Assembly (NCBI GenBank): GCA_963745035.1
Contig: CAVUVW010000017.1
Location: forward strand, 128,001 to 192,000
Source of the DNA: an uncultured delta proteobacterium
GTDB lineage: Bacteria > Desulfobacterota > Binatia > UBA9968
Length of the DNA: 64,000 nt
Direction of reading: 5' to 3'
Made by a program: the position numbers and the translations under genes. A model generated the notes under the pieces. That model had not been told where the DNA came from and did not search any database. It saw nothing but the letters and a program-made list of their open reading frames with translations. Shown piece by piece: positions 1 to 10,815 of the stretch (position 1 is its first letter; every line of letters starts with the position of its first letter).

Positions 1-158
1 TAGCCGGCTTTCGACATTCCCGAACACTTTCGAGTAATCGCAATCTGCGCTACAATCGAACGATTGCGCTTCTCTTGCAGGCATCAAAGCCGGTCGAGGC
101 AGCGTCTAAGCACAGGGAGTTTGGAAGGCGAAGGCATCGCTTATGGAATGGAGACAAC

Positions 159-1163
159 GTGACTAAGCAGAGACTCATCGTTAGCTTCCTGCTGGCATTC
201 CTTATTGGCTTGGCTCTCAGGCCGGCTCGCTGCGCAAGCGGACAAAGCGCTGTTGACCGGGGTTGCCGGGCCCGCGATCAGTCTAACTTATGCATTTGTG
301 GCTCAGGACGCCGGGCTTTGGAAAAAACACGGGCTGGACACTCGCGTGATCGTGTTCGAAGCCGGCTCGACCCTCGCTCAGGTGGCGCGCTCCGGCGATG
401 TGAAGTTTGCCATCAATTCCGGTCCGACCACGATCGCCGCCCGCACCCAGGGCGCCGACTCCGTGATCATCGCCTCTCTGGTCAACACGCTCCCGTACAG
501 CTTGGTGGTCGCGAAAGGAATAAGTAAATGGAGTGATCTCAAAGGGTAAGAAGATCGCGATCAGCCGTTTCGGTTCGGGAACCGATACGGCGATCCGTCT
601 CGTGTGCAAGAAATTCGGCCTCGATCCGGTAAAAGACATCATCATTCTACAGGGCGGCACCCAGCCGAGTCGCCTCCAGGCTCTGGCTGCGGGCGCCATC
701 GACGGGACATTGGTCTCCCCGCCGCTGGACTTGACCGCGAAGAAACAGGGCTATCCGATCATGGTCAATATTGCGGAGTTGGGCATTCCCTATCCTCAAC
801 TCGTGATCGAAACCACCGACCGGTTCAATCGGGAAAACCCCCACCTGGTCAAAAACTTTCCTCAAAGGCTTCATCGAAGGCGTTCACTACGTCGCGACGC
901 ACAAGGAAGAAACCAAGAAGATCATCACCAAGTATCTGAAGACCTCGGATCCCGAAATTCTCGAAGCAACCTATCAAAGTTTCATGCAAGTCACCGACTA
1001 CAGCGGCAATCCGAATATCGAAGGCGTGCGCAACGCCATCGACGAAGTGGCGCAGCGCGTTCCTGCGGCGAAATCGAAGAAACCCGAAGATTTCATCGAC
1101 ACGCGATTTTTAAAGGAGCTGGATAAGGAAGGTTTCTTCAAGCAGCTTCAACGTAAAAGCTAG
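159..1163 (+). CDS. NitT/TauT-family ABC substrate-binding protein (about 3 frameshifts)
   Basis: ORF pieces 75-527, 205-549 and 533-1126 plus a tail ending KKPEDFIDTRFLKELDKEGFFKQLQRKS* join into one SBP (signal peptide, DLKGKKIAISRFGSGT motif); GTG start after GGAG. Confidence 0.85.
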
Positions 1164-1354
1164 GAAATCTGGACTCCCCGCCCTTCAAGCACGTCGGCAT
1201 TCCTACCCAAACCCTCTTCGGCAATCCGGTCGCCGCCTCGTCCGGCAGAAGGCCGTCACACGCGCGGGTGAAGTAGCGGTAAAATAGCAGGAGATGAAAT
1301 TCGCATCCGGGCACTCGGTCACTTGCCTTGATGCAGATGCGAAATCAATAAAGG

Positions 1355-1501
1355 CTACCGATCGCGCGTGCGACGGAATGGTTTTCGCTGCGCTAGAAAT
1401 AGATTTTCCCTGATCTGATTCGGTTTTTCCACGAACATGCGGAGACCGGTAAAGACAAAGATAATCGCCAATAGCGCGTAAGCAATGATGTCTGAGAGCA
1501 T
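1355..1501 (-). CDS. small single-TM hypothetical protein (48 aa)
   Basis: GGAGGGG RBS before ATG at 1501; hydrophobic IIAYALLAIIFVFTGL followed by a basic tail. Confidence 0.45.
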   Translation of the reverse strand: MLSDIIAYALLAIIFVFTGLRMFVEKPNQIRENLFLAQRKPFRRTRDR

Positions 1502-1743
1502 GGCCCCTCCCTTGAGCTCAACGTAATTGCGGCCTAACGCAAGACGCGAGCCAGAAAAGAGGCAAGCCTCTACCAACCTAAGCCACCGGATATTCAAGAA
1601 TTCTGGCGCGAGCGGATCCGTTCAATTAACGGGCTGCACAATTGTTGAACAGAAGTGGACCACAAACGACAAAAACGCTTTCTGGCGAAGTTCTAACGCC
1701 ATAGCTCCAGAGTGTATTCGGATCGATGCGTGCGCCTCAAACA

Positions 1744-3714
1744 TCAACTCAAGGGTGCCTTTGCCTGCCTCGCGGCGGTAGTCTTTTCGCCGTTCTCTTG
1801 GCGCGCGAGCCATTCGATGCTCGCAAGCAAAATGGCCAACAAGAATCCGCTGCCGTTAATCACCCACGTCAGAGTTGCAAACTTTCCGCTCTCGATGACC
1901 GGTATCAGTAGCGCAGTCGCGGCCATCAGAAATAATGCGCGCTTAACCACACCGATCGGGCGGAAGAGATATCCTACTATGCCGACGCCGAGAAAGATCG
2001 CGCCGATAATCGCGGTAAAAACCGAAAGAACAACTTCATACCACTGGCCGACGAGCAAGAGCGCCGGCGAGAAAACAAACAGAAACGGGACAATATAAGC
2101 AATCGCGCACAGCCGCATGGCATGCCAGCCGGTTTTCACCGGATCGGTCTTGCCGATCGACGCTGCGGCATAGCTTGCCATGCACACTGGCGGTGTGACC
2201 ATGCTTAGCATGCCGAAGTAGAAAATGAACAGATGCGCGGCGATCGGCAGAATGCCGAGCTTGGCGAGGCCTGGCGCAACCAGCACGGCGAGCAGGACGT
2301 ACACCGCGGTCGTCGGCATGCCCATGCCAAGGATGATGCTGACGATAGCGGTAAGCACGAGCAGCAACAACGCGTTGCTCTGGCCGATGTTGAGCAAGGT
2401 CAACGTCAACGTAAAGCCGAGACCAGTAAGCTGCAAAACGCCGATGACCACCCCCGCTAAACCGGTAATCGCCGCGATCTCGAGCATGCCCCGCCCCGAG
2501 TTGATGAGAATTTTGAGCAGCTCTTGCCGGCCGATCCTCACGCCTGGAGTCAAAAAACCGATGATCAGGGCGGCTAGGGCCGCCATCAGCCCCGCCTCCT
2601 CGGGGCGGCGATTGAGAACGAACATCAGCACGATCAGTACCGCTAACGGGCCAACAAAAGTCGCCGAGCGTTTTAGCACCGGGAGTAATCGCGGCAGCTC
2701 GCTCGGCGGCAAGCCATGGATACCGCCGCGCGCAGCCAACAGGTCCACCTGGATAAAAAGCGCCACGTAATAGAGCACCGCCGGCACCAGCGCGGCGAGC
2801 GCGACACTCGCGTAAGGAATCTGCAGATACTCGGCGATCAAGAATGCCGCGGCGCCCATCACCGGCGGCATGATCTGGCCGCCGGTGGAAGCTACAGCCT
2901 CGACTGCGGAAGCGACCGGCGCCGGATAGCCCGCCCTTTTCATCATGGGAATCGTGAACGCGCCATCGACGACGACGTTGGCCACCGCGCTCCCGCTGAT
3001 ATTACCGAACAGGCTGGACGAGACGATGGCAATCTTGGCCTGGCCGCCGCGAAACCGGCCCATGAGCGCCAGCGAAAAATCACTCAGAAACTCGGCGCCC
3101 CCGACGACGTAAAGCACTTCACCGAAAATCACGAACACGACGACGATGCTCGCGCCGACCTGCAGCGCCTGGCCGAAGATCCCATTGGCGTCAAGGTAGA
3201 GATAAGTCGCAATCCGGCTGATCGACCAACCGCGGCCATAAAAATCGCCCGGGAAAATGTACGCGAACAATGCGTACACGAGAAAACATGCCGCGATGAT
3301 GACCAGCGGCCAGCCCACCAGCCGGCGCGACGCCTCGGCCAAAAGCAGCACCGTCACGCAGCCCAAGACCACCCGCTCCGTCGAAATGTCGCCGAGAGAG
3401 TTAACGATCGAAGGATAGTAGACAAAAATATAGAGACCGATGGTCAGACCGGCCAGGGCCGCGACCCGATCGTACCAGGGAAATGAGCGCAGGGCCGGCG
3501 CCGGCTTGCCGGGAATCAAGAGATAGGTCGAGCACAGGGCCAATCCGAGGAAGAGCCCCATGTACTGCTCGTTAAAAACCAGCCAGCCGACGTACTGCGG
3601 AATATTGAGCAGGAAGAAGATGCCGCACAGCGGAATCGCCATCAACAGCCCGCGGCCGACGATGTTGAGAATGCCGCTCAGCTCGCGGGCGCGTACGCTT
3701 TCTTCAGCTTCCAA
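1744..3714 (-). CDS. TRAP transporter fused 4TM/12TM permease (TAXI-associated)
   Basis: 656 aa; GSAVANVV, ASTGGQIMPPVMGAAAF, LGMGMPTT and TPPV motifs. Confidence 0.95.
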   Translation of the reverse strand: MEAEESVRARELSGILNIVGRGLLMAIPLCGIFFLLNIPQYVGWLVFNEQYMGLFLGLALCSTYLLIPGKPAPALRSFPWYDRVAALAGLTIGLYIFVYYPSIVNSLGDISTERVVLGCVTVLLLAEASRRLVGWPLVIIAACFLVYALFAYIFPGDFYGRGWSISRIATYLYLDANGIFGQALQVGASIVVVFVIFGEVLYVVGGAEFLSDFSLALMGRFRGGQAKIAIVSSSLFGNISGSAVANVVVDGAFTIPMMKRAGYPAPVASAVEAVASTGGQIMPPVMGAAAFLIAEYLQIPYASVALAALVPAVLYYVALFIQVDLLAARGGIHGLPPSELPRLLPVLKRSATFVGPLAVLIVLMFVLNRRPEEAGLMAALAALIIGFLTPGVRIGRQELLKILINSGRGMLEIAAITGLAGVVIGVLQLTGLGFTLTLTLLNIGQSNALLLLVLTAIVSIILGMGMPTTAVYVLLAVLVAPGLAKLGILPIAAHLFIFYFGMLSMVTPPVCMASYAAASIGKTDPVKTGWHAMRLCAIAYIVPFLFVFSPALLLVGQWYEVVLSVFTAIIGAIFLGVGIVGYLFRPIGVVKRALFLMAATALLIPVIESGKFATLTWVINGSGFLLAILLASIEWLARQENGEKTTAARQAKAPLS

Positions 3715-3814
3715 GAATCATTCTCCTGCCAGTCATCGATGACTTGCTCGGCACCGCTCGTGGACTCAATACGGATCGCACGGCGCTGCGCCGGATGGAT
3801 CGGCGCTTGCCGGG

Positions 3815-4861
3815 CTATTTCTGAGCACAAATTTCCTTGGTGCGGGCCTCGTGCTTGGCCGTCCATAGCCCCACCTCTTTGTAAAATCGCACCGCTCCCG
3901 AGTGATACGGCACAGTGAAATTCGTGAGCGCCTGCGTATCTTTGGTCCAGCGTTTCAGCAGCGGGTGAATGGTTTGAATCTCGGCTAAATTGTCCCACCA
4001 AGCTTTGAGCAAGGTCGCCACGGTCTTGTCGCTGACTTTGGCGGAGCTCACCAACTGAAGAGGATACCCGATCACATAAGTTTCGCCTTTAATCCCGGTG
4101 GCAGGGTCGGATTTGACCACAGAGGCGCCGTAGCGGCTGAGAATTTTATTGGCCGCCTCTGTGTTCGGCACGCTGAGAAAGCGAATCGGTTCCATAGCGT
4201 TGGCTTCTTCGACTACGCCGATACCGACCGCGGTGAACGAAGCATCCACCTTTCCCTCGGGCACGTTGCGGATGCCGTCGTTGAGATTCGACACACGCAC
4301 TTGCACGACGTCGGACGCTTTCAGACCACCCGCTTCCATCACAGCATTTTGCCATGTTTGGTTGATCGCATGGCCACCGTAATCCCACGCCATCCGCTTG
4401 CCTTTGAGATCACTGATCTGCTTCGCGTCCGATTTATCGCGCACAATCAGCCCCGCTGTAAACGGGAACACGCCGCCGGAAATGACGCGCACGCTGGGAT
4501 AAGCCGCTTTGTAGTTCCCGGTCCCGGTCGCGGCCATGTGAGAATCGAGAATATTGATGATGCCCATCTCCAACTCGCCGTTCTCCAGCAGCGGCATCCA
4601 GGCATTAGGGCCATTGTAGGGTTGCACTTTTGTGCCGATCGGCGTCGCTTTGCTCGCCACCGCAGCAAGCGCCGACGCGATCGCGTGCGCGCCGGTGCCG
4701 GCCGGATTGGTGCCGATGGCCGCCGTTCGCGGCAAGGCGTCGCTCTTGGTGGTCGACGGGCCGCAGTCGAGCTTCGCCTGAGCGAAAGGCGCCTGCGCCG
4801 CGAAAAACAATGCCACCGCGGCGAGCGCGGTAATTCTCTGGAACGGTTTTCTCTGAACCAT
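3815..4861 (-). CDS. TAXI-family TRAP solute-binding subunit
   Basis: Signal peptide; GTNPAGTG, DLKGKR and VPYHSGAVRFYKEVG motifs; next to the TRAP permease. Confidence 0.92.
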   Translation of the reverse strand: MVQRKPFQRITALAAVALFFAAQAPFAQAKLDCGPSTTKSDALPRTAAIGTNPAGTGAHAIASALAAVASKATPIGTKVQPYNGPNAWMPLLENGELEMGIINILDSHMAATGTGNYKAAYPSVRVISGGVFPFTAGLIVRDKSDAKQISDLKGKRMAWDYGGHAINQTWQNAVMEAGGLKASDVVQVRVSNLNDGIRNVPEGKVDASFTAVGIGVVEEANAMEPIRFLSVPNTEAANKILSRYGASVVKSDPATGIKGETYVIGYPLQLVSSAKVSDKTVATLLKAWWDNLAEIQTIHPLLKRWTKDTQALTNFTVPYHSGAVRFYKEVGLWTAKHEARTKEICAQK

Positions 4862-4893
4862 TACTCCATCACTCCTTTGCTCCAGTACTCCAG
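4862..4893. repeat. octamer-period repeat (ACTCCAnn)n
   Basis: tactccatcactcctttgctccagtactccag; same family as 42890-43140. Confidence 0.6.
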
Positions 4894-4902
4894 TTTATTT
4901 TT

Positions 4903-5946
4903 CTAACCGCAGATTTCCTTCGTGCGCGCGTCATGCTTGGCGGTCCAGACGCCAGCTTCGCGGTAAAACTTTACGGCTCCCGAATGATACGGCACGGTGA
5001 AGTTGGTGATCGCTTGAACGTCCTTGGTCCACTTTTTAAATTGCGGATGGATCGTTTGCAGCTCGGCGTGATTATCCCACCATGCCTTGAGCAAGGTCGC
5101 CACGGTGCGATCGCTGACTTTGGTCGAGGAGGCGAGATGCAGCGGATAGCCGATGACGTCGGTGTCACCGCGGATGCCGGTGGTAGGATCCTGCTTTACG
5201 ATCGATCCGCCGTATTTGGCAAGGATCTTGTTGGAGGCGTCGCCCGGCGGCAGGCTGAGAAAGCGAATCGGCTCCATGGCGTTGGCTTCCTCGTTGATAC
5301 CGATGCCGATGGCCGCGAAGGTCGCATCGACTCTGCCTTCAGGCACCGCGCGAATCGCGTCGTTCAAATTGGAGAAGCGCACCTGCACCACGTCGCTCGG
5401 CTTGAGACCGCTCACTTCCATGGCCGCGTTTTGCCAAGTTTGTGTGATCATGTGGCCGCCGAAGTCCCATGCCATGCGCTTGCCTTTCAAATCACTCGGC
5501 CGTTTGATCTCCGATTTGTCGCGCACCATGATGCTGCCGGTGAAGGGAAACACGCCACCGGAGACGATGCGTAGCATCGGATAGGCTTTCTTGTAATTGC
5601 CGCTGCCCGTCATCGCCATGTAGGAGTCGAGAATGTTGATGATGCCGAATTCGACCTCGCCGTTTTCCATGAGCGGCATCCAGGCATTTGGGCCGTTGTA
5701 GGGCTGCACTTTCGCGCCGATCGGCGTTGCCCGGCTCGCCACGGCCGATAAACCGGATGCCAAGGCGTGCGCGCCGGTGCCGGCCAGGTTCGAGGCAATC
5801 GCCACGGTGCGCGGCAAGTCATTGCTCGTGTTCACCACCGGGCTGCAATTGACTTTCGCCCAAGCTCGAGCTTGAAACTGGTGATGAGCCAGAAACAGAA
5901 AATTTACAGCGAGCGAAATGCGCAAGACCAAGTTTACGCGCTTCAT
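4903..5946 (-). CDS. TAXI-family TRAP solute-binding subunit (tandem paralog)
   Basis: Closely similar to 3815-4861 (KVQPYNGPNAWMPL, TNFTVPYHSGAV). Confidence 0.92.
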   Translation of the reverse strand: MKRVNLVLRISLAVNFLFLAHHQFQARAWAKVNCSPVVNTSNDLPRTVAIASNLAGTGAHALASGLSAVASRATPIGAKVQPYNGPNAWMPLMENGEVEFGIINILDSYMAMTGSGNYKKAYPMLRIVSGGVFPFTGSIMVRDKSEIKRPSDLKGKRMAWDFGGHMITQTWQNAAMEVSGLKPSDVVQVRFSNLNDAIRAVPEGRVDATFAAIGIGINEEANAMEPIRFLSLPPGDASNKILAKYGGSIVKQDPTTGIRGDTDVIGYPLHLASSTKVSDRTVATLLKAWWDNHAELQTIHPQFKKWTKDVQAITNFTVPYHSGAVKFYREAGVWTAKHDARTKEICG

Positions 5947-5975
5947 TTAATAACCGCCTCCTTTTCCGTTGCTCG

Positions 5976-7040
5976 TCAATCCTTCAGCCGGTAAAACCGC
6001 CGTGCGTTCTCGGCGAGAATCTTGCGCTTCGCTGAGTCCGAGATATCCGCGCGCGCCTCGATGCCGGGAATGTCTTCTAAATATTGCGCGCGTTGCCGCT
6101 CATGCGGGTAGTCCGAAGCGAAAAAGATATGGTCATCGCCGAAGAGTTCCAGCACATAGGGCAGTGTGCGCTCCTCGGACTCGAGCGAAGCGTAGACCTG
6201 CCCGCCCTTGATATACTCGCTCGGCATTCGTTTGAGTCGCGGCGCCCACTTCTTGCCGCGCCGCTCGAAGTCCTCGTCGAGCCGGTCCATCATGAAAGGG
6301 ATCCAGCCCGCGCCTGCTTCCAAATAGGCCACGCGCAATTGCGGAAACAGCTCGAAGACGCCTTGAAAAATCATGTTGGTGAGCTGGATCATCAGCGGCA
6401 GAGGGTGTTCCAGCGCATGCACTTCGACGAAACTCTCAAAAAAGTCGAAGCCCAGGCCGCGGCTCGGCGCGCCATGAATCGCGAGCGGCATGTCGAGCTT
6501 GCAAGCCTCTTCATAGATCGGAAAGAAACTCTCGTGGCCGTAACCTTTGCGCAGCCGCGTCACCGACGGCAGCATGGCGCCGGGCATGCCCAGCTCGTTT
6601 TTTACACGCCGCATCTCTTGGACGGCAGCCGAGACGTCGTGGATCGGGATCAGCGCAGCGCCGAGGATGCGCGGCGTTCGTTTCATATAAGTCGCGTGCA
6701 ACCAGGAATTATACGCGCGCGCGATATCGACGGCCCAAACCGGATCTTGGATCAGCCCGAACGCCAGGGCAGCGGTCGGATAGACGACGGTCGCTTGAAT
6801 GCCGCACTCGTCGAGAAAAGAAATCCAGGTATCGCAATCGGGATAATCGCGCAGCCCGGGCGAGCTCATGCCCGAAAGCCGCGCCCAGCCGTCGAGTGAG
6901 GGAAACGGCGAAAACGTATCCGCCCAACTCTCATCTTTGCTGGTGCCGCGATAGTTGCCGCCGAGATATTCGAGAATCTCCTTGCTGCGCTCGGTGATGT
7001 GACCATCACCGTCGATGACAGGAAAGCGATTTTGTCTCAT
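5976..7040 (-). CDS. amidohydrolase-2 family protein
   Basis: IDGDGHI, AYNSWL, LAIHG, YLEAGAGW and FASDYPH motifs. Confidence 0.92.
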   Translation of the reverse strand: MRQNRFPVIDGDGHITERSKEILEYLGGNYRGTSKDESWADTFSPFPSLDGWARLSGMSSPGLRDYPDCDTWISFLDECGIQATVVYPTAALAFGLIQDPVWAVDIARAYNSWLHATYMKRTPRILGAALIPIHDVSAAVQEMRRVKNELGMPGAMLPSVTRLRKGYGHESFFPIYEEACKLDMPLAIHGAPSRGLGFDFFESFVEVHALEHPLPLMIQLTNMIFQGVFELFPQLRVAYLEAGAGWIPFMMDRLDEDFERRGKKWAPRLKRMPSEYIKGGQVYASLESEERTLPYVLELFGDDHIFFASDYPHERQRAQYLEDIPGIEARADISDSAKRKILAENARRFYRLKD

Positions 7041-7207
7041 GCGGGTGGACTGCCCTCCATAGCACGGTCAAGCGCGCGCTATGCGCCGCTATGTATCTAC
7101 CGACTGCCGTCGCATTGTCAAGCTCGTCGAGTTAAAGAAGCCGGTTCGCTTTTGGAAATTGGTAATGGTGCAGTTTTGAGTCCGATGGACACATTGGACT
7201 CAGGGGA

Positions 7208-7281
7208 AAGATTCCTCACATCCGTTCGGAATGACGAACAAAAACAACGGACCTGTCATCTCGAACGAAGTGAGAGATCCT
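7208..7281. repeat. REP-like inverted pair (GTCAT..CGAACGAAGTGAGA family)
   Basis: aagattcctcacatccgttcggaatgac ... tgtcatctcgaacgaagtgagagatcct; related copy at 25294-25358. Confidence 0.7.
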
Positions 7282-7328
7282 TCTGAACTGAACCACGACC
7301 GGAAATCGGGTCTGCCGATGACTGCGGA

Positions 7329-8390
7329 CTAGATTTTGTAAAAGCGCCGCGCGTTTTCTCGCAAAACGGCGCGTTTATCCTCATCCGATATCGACGCTTC
7401 GGCGACCTCCTCGATCTCATGCATGATGTCGTCCGGGCCGATCTCATGGGGAAAATCGCTGGCGAACAAAAAGTGCTGATTGCCGGCTCGTTGAATTTGG
7501 TAGGGCAAGCCTTCTTCATTGCCCTCACAGCCGATGAACACCTGGCCGTTCTTGATGTAGTCGCTCGGGCGCTGCTCGGCGGACGGTCCCTTGTATTTGC
7601 CGCGCAGGTCAAGTTCCAGATGATAGGAATGCGACCGGTCCAGGCGGTCCATCCAGAACGTCACCCAACCGGCGCCGCCCTCCAAAAACCCCATGCGCAG
7701 CCGCGGAAACTGATCGAACACGCCGTGATACACCATGCCGGTAAATGCGATGATCAGGGACAACGGATGGCCGAGGCCGTGGATGGGAATAAAAGTCTCG
7801 AAGGTGTCCAGGCCCATGCCGTGATGGGCGCCGCCGTGCACTCCCAACGCGCAACCCAGACGCTCCGCTTCGGCGTAGATGGGCCAGTAGGTTTTGTGCC
7901 CGAGATCGAGCGGCAGCCCGCGCGACGGCAGCATGGCGCCGACGAAACCCAACTCGGTGATGGCGCGGCGCAACTCGACGACCGCTTCGTCGACGTCCTG
8001 CAGAGGCAGAAGCGCCATGCCCTTGAGCCGTGGACTCTGCTTCAAATAACGATCGTGCAGCCAATTGTTATAAGCGCGCGCCACGTAGCAAGCCCAATCG
8101 GGATGGCTGATGTTGCCGATGCGCAGCCCCTTGGTCGGGAACAGCACCGCGGATTCGATATCCGCCATCTCGACGAACTCCATCCACTCCTTCGGCCCGA
8201 CCCGCTTGCCGCCGCCGAAGGATTTCTTGTTCCGCGTGCTGTGCCCGCCGATATGATGAAAATCCAACGACGGGAACAACCGGTCCCAGCTCAACTGATG
8301 ATCCTGCTCCCGGTAAGATTTCTCCAAATAGTCGAACAGACTTTCGTCCTCGATCACATGCCCGTCCGCATCGATAATTTTATAATCCAT
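7329..8390 (-). CDS. amidohydrolase-2 family protein
   Basis: IDADGHV, AYNNWL, FLEGGAGW and FASDFPH motifs. Confidence 0.92.
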   Translation of the reverse strand: MDYKIIDADGHVIEDESLFDYLEKSYREQDHQLSWDRLFPSLDFHHIGGHSTRNKKSFGGGKRVGPKEWMEFVEMADIESAVLFPTKGLRIGNISHPDWACYVARAYNNWLHDRYLKQSPRLKGMALLPLQDVDEAVVELRRAITELGFVGAMLPSRGLPLDLGHKTYWPIYAEAERLGCALGVHGGAHHGMGLDTFETFIPIHGLGHPLSLIIAFTGMVYHGVFDQFPRLRMGFLEGGAGWVTFWMDRLDRSHSYHLELDLRGKYKGPSAEQRPSDYIKNGQVFIGCEGNEEGLPYQIQRAGNQHFLFASDFPHEIGPDDIMHEIEEVAEASISDEDKRAVLRENARRFYKI

Positions 8391-8439
8391 CGTTCCTCCG
8401 CAGCTTGTTGCTACCTAGTTCGAAAAGCAGGACGAGAAC

Positions 8440-8523
8440 TCACCGCAGAGGCGCGGAGAACGCGGAGGGCTTCTTAGTTAAAGAACACTCCGAAGCTCTG
8501 CGAACTCTGCGCCTCTGCGGTGA
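8440..8523. repeat. nonamer-period palindromic element (TCACCGCAGAG...CTCTGCGGTGA)
   Basis: Arms tcaccgcagaggcgcggagaacgcggag and ctctgcgaactctgcgcctctgcggtga; related copies at 32256 and 42965. Confidence 0.8.
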
Positions 8524-8555
8524 AATATCGTTTCGACTTTTTGGGTCTTTCGCCG

Positions 8556-9539
8556 CTACTTGCCATCTTTCAGCTCACGCAATGCCTCATTCAAATAATT
8601 CTCGTCGATGTATTTCGCCGGGCTCGGCAGCGGCCCCTTCGTCTGGTTTTGTTCCGCCGTCATCTGGATGACCGCTTTCATTCCCTCCAGGTTCACATGA
8701 CCATCGTAGTCCCATGCCTTGTTGCCGGCGTAATATTGCCAAGCCCGGCGCGCGTGCGCGGGCTTGAAACCAAATTCTTTGATCATGAAATCCGTCGCCG
8801 CGCTCTCGTTGTCCTGCAGCCAGCGCACCGCGCGCACCCAGCCTTTGAGAAAGCGCACCTGCAAGCGGCGATTTTTCTCCGACCATGCACGGCTTCCGGC
8901 CAGCACCGTCAGTTGATAATTCGGGAACACTTCCATGAAGCTGCCGATCGCATGATAGCCCAGCTCCTCGGCGGCGAAATTGTACGGCAGTGCCAGCGGC
9001 GCAGCCGCGATCTGATTGGAAGTGAGCGCGGTAAAAAGCTGCGGCGTGCCGCCGATGATAAGCAACTTGTAGTCGCGCGGATATTCCAGGCCCTTGGCCT
9101 TGAGCACATGGCGTAGCACCAGCCCGGTTCCCGCCGTTAAGCTGATCGTGCCCACCGTCGCGCCGCGCAGATCGTCGAACGTTTTGTAGTTTTTGCCGCC
9201 CAAAATCCAGTGCGCCAGCCGCTGCGTGTTGCCAGCGATGATGGCGGCATCCAAGCCGCGGTCGGCAGCGATCATGGGCGCATCGGGAGCTAAGAGCGCG
9301 GCATACACCGAGCCGCCGATCAGAGCCTGGATCGATCTATCGGAGCCGCGAATGACGATGGGTTGAACATCGAGGCCCTGCTGAGCAAAAAACCCCTGCC
9401 TCACCCCCGCCCACAGCGGACTGTAGCCCGCCGTCTTCGTCGAGGCCGCCACGGGAAATGTGATTTTCTCCTGGCCCATCGTGGGCGAGGCAGAACAGAC
9501 AAGCACGAAGACAAGAAGAAATTTCGTGAGCGCGGTCAT
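8556..9539 (-). CDS. NitT/TauT-family ABC substrate-binding protein
   Basis: Signal peptide MTALTKFLLVFVLV; QGFFAQQGLDV and DLRGATVG motifs; start may instead be 9572. Confidence 0.88.
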   Translation of the reverse strand: MTALTKFLLVFVLVCSASPTMGQEKITFPVAASTKTAGYSPLWAGVRQGFFAQQGLDVQPIVIRGSDRSIQALIGGSVYAALLAPDAPMIAADRGLDAAIIAGNTQRLAHWILGGKNYKTFDDLRGATVGTISLTAGTGLVLRHVLKAKGLEYPRDYKLLIIGGTPQLFTALTSNQIAAAPLALPYNFAAEELGYHAIGSFMEVFPNYQLTVLAGSRAWSEKNRRLQVRFLKGWVRAVRWLQDNESAATDFMIKEFGFKPAHARRAWQYYAGNKAWDYDGHVNLEGMKAVIQMTAEQNQTKGPLPSPAKYIDENYLNEALRELKDGK

Positions 9540-9575
9540 CACCACCTCGTCCCTTTGTCCTTGGCCGGGCATACT

Positions 9576-10634
9576 TCAGTTCCAAACCGTGATGCCCATC
9601 AAGTTCGTTCCAGCTTCCAAATCATGAAAGGCGTCGTTGATCTCGTCGAATCGATAGCGTTTGGAGATCAAGCCCGCGACATCGACCCGCTTGTCGCGCA
9701 CCATGTTGAGCACCTCGACGACATCGGTAGGGCGCCGCAGCGCCACGCCGGCGATTTTGATCTCTTGCATGGTGAAGCTGCCGTCGCTGATCGTGAACGG
9801 CACTTTGCCGAGACCGCCGATGATCGTCGCCGTGCCGCCCGGCCGGGTCGCTTGGATGATTTGATCGGCGGTCTTGACGTTGCCGAGCGCCTCGAAGGCT
9901 TTGTTCACGCCGCCGTCGGTCATGTCGCGCACCGCTTTCACCGGATCCTCTTTCGCGCCGTTGACCGTGTGAGTTGCGCCGAATCTTTTTGCGGCCTCGA
10001 GCTTGGCATCGAGGACATCGACGGCGATAATCGGATAGGCGCCGAAAATGCGCAGGAATTGAATCGTGTTGAGACCGACGCCGCCGCAGCCGATCACGAG
10101 AGCTGAATCGCCCGGTTTGATCTCGGCCGAATTTTTCACCGCGTTGTACGCCGTCGTCATGCGGCAGCCTACGACGCTCGCTTCGTCGATGGACAAGCCT
10201 TCCGGCAGCTTGAAAATCATGTAGCCCGGCAAAGCGAGATACTGCGAAAACCCGCCGACGTTCCAGCGGTAGATCTCCTGCCCGTCGGTCCGCTTCAAAG
10301 ACGCCGGCGCGGGTCGTGCCCGGCAGAGATTTTCCCGCCCCGAAACACAGTACTGACAATGGCCGCAACGATAGCGCGTGCCCACGATGACGGCATCGCC
10401 GGGCTTGAAAGCGCTTCGCTGGCTGCTTCCCACCTCTTCGATCGTACCGGAGACCTCATGTCCAATGATTGCCGGCATGCGACTCTGGATACGTCCTTCG
10501 ATGACCTTGTGGTCGGTGTGACAAACCCCGCAAGCCTTGACCTTGATCAGGACCTCATCCGGAGAAATCGCCGGTATCTCGAAATCTTCGATGCTCAACG
10601 AGCCGTGAACTTTGTGCAGAACCGCAGCTTTCAT
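9576..10634 (-). CDS. zinc-dependent alcohol dehydrogenase (MDR family)
   Basis: CGVCHTD, GHE, CGHCQYC...C structural Zn site and GCGGVG NAD-binding motif. Confidence 0.95.
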   Translation of the reverse strand: MKAAVLHKVHGSLSIEDFEIPAISPDEVLIKVKACGVCHTDHKVIEGRIQSRMPAIIGHEVSGTIEEVGSSQRSAFKPGDAVIVGTRYRCGHCQYCVSGRENLCRARPAPASLKRTDGQEIYRWNVGGFSQYLALPGYMIFKLPEGLSIDEASVVGCRMTTAYNAVKNSAEIKPGDSALVIGCGGVGLNTIQFLRIFGAYPIIAVDVLDAKLEAAKRFGATHTVNGAKEDPVKAVRDMTDGGVNKAFEALGNVKTADQIIQATRPGGTATIIGGLGKVPFTISDGSFTMQEIKIAGVALRRPTDVVEVLNMVRDKRVDVAGLISKRYRFDEINDAFHDLEAGTNLMGITVWN

Positions 10635-10759
10635 GCGCGCAGCCTCCTTCGGTGCAACTATGCGAACCTATGACAACAGCGTCAGCGCTTGTCAAACCAA
10701 TGAGACGTCGAGAAAGATTCCCTGCTCATTGGGTTACTTCTTCGAAACTAGGTACTTGA

Positions 10760-10787
10760 CCGTTCGCCCTGAGCCGTGTCGAAGGGC
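10760..10787. repeat. REP-like element (CCTGAGCnnGTCGAAGG family)
   Basis: ccgttcgccctgagccgtgtcgaagggc; related copy at 56464-56486. Confidence 0.6.
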
Positions 10788-10815
10788 TCCGGTAGAGTTT
10801 GAAACACTGCCACGG

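Noticed and set aside
1295-1345. Inverted repeat ttcgcatc...gatgcgaa
   Set aside because: Short stem with a large loop between convergent genes; at most a weak terminator, with no further support.
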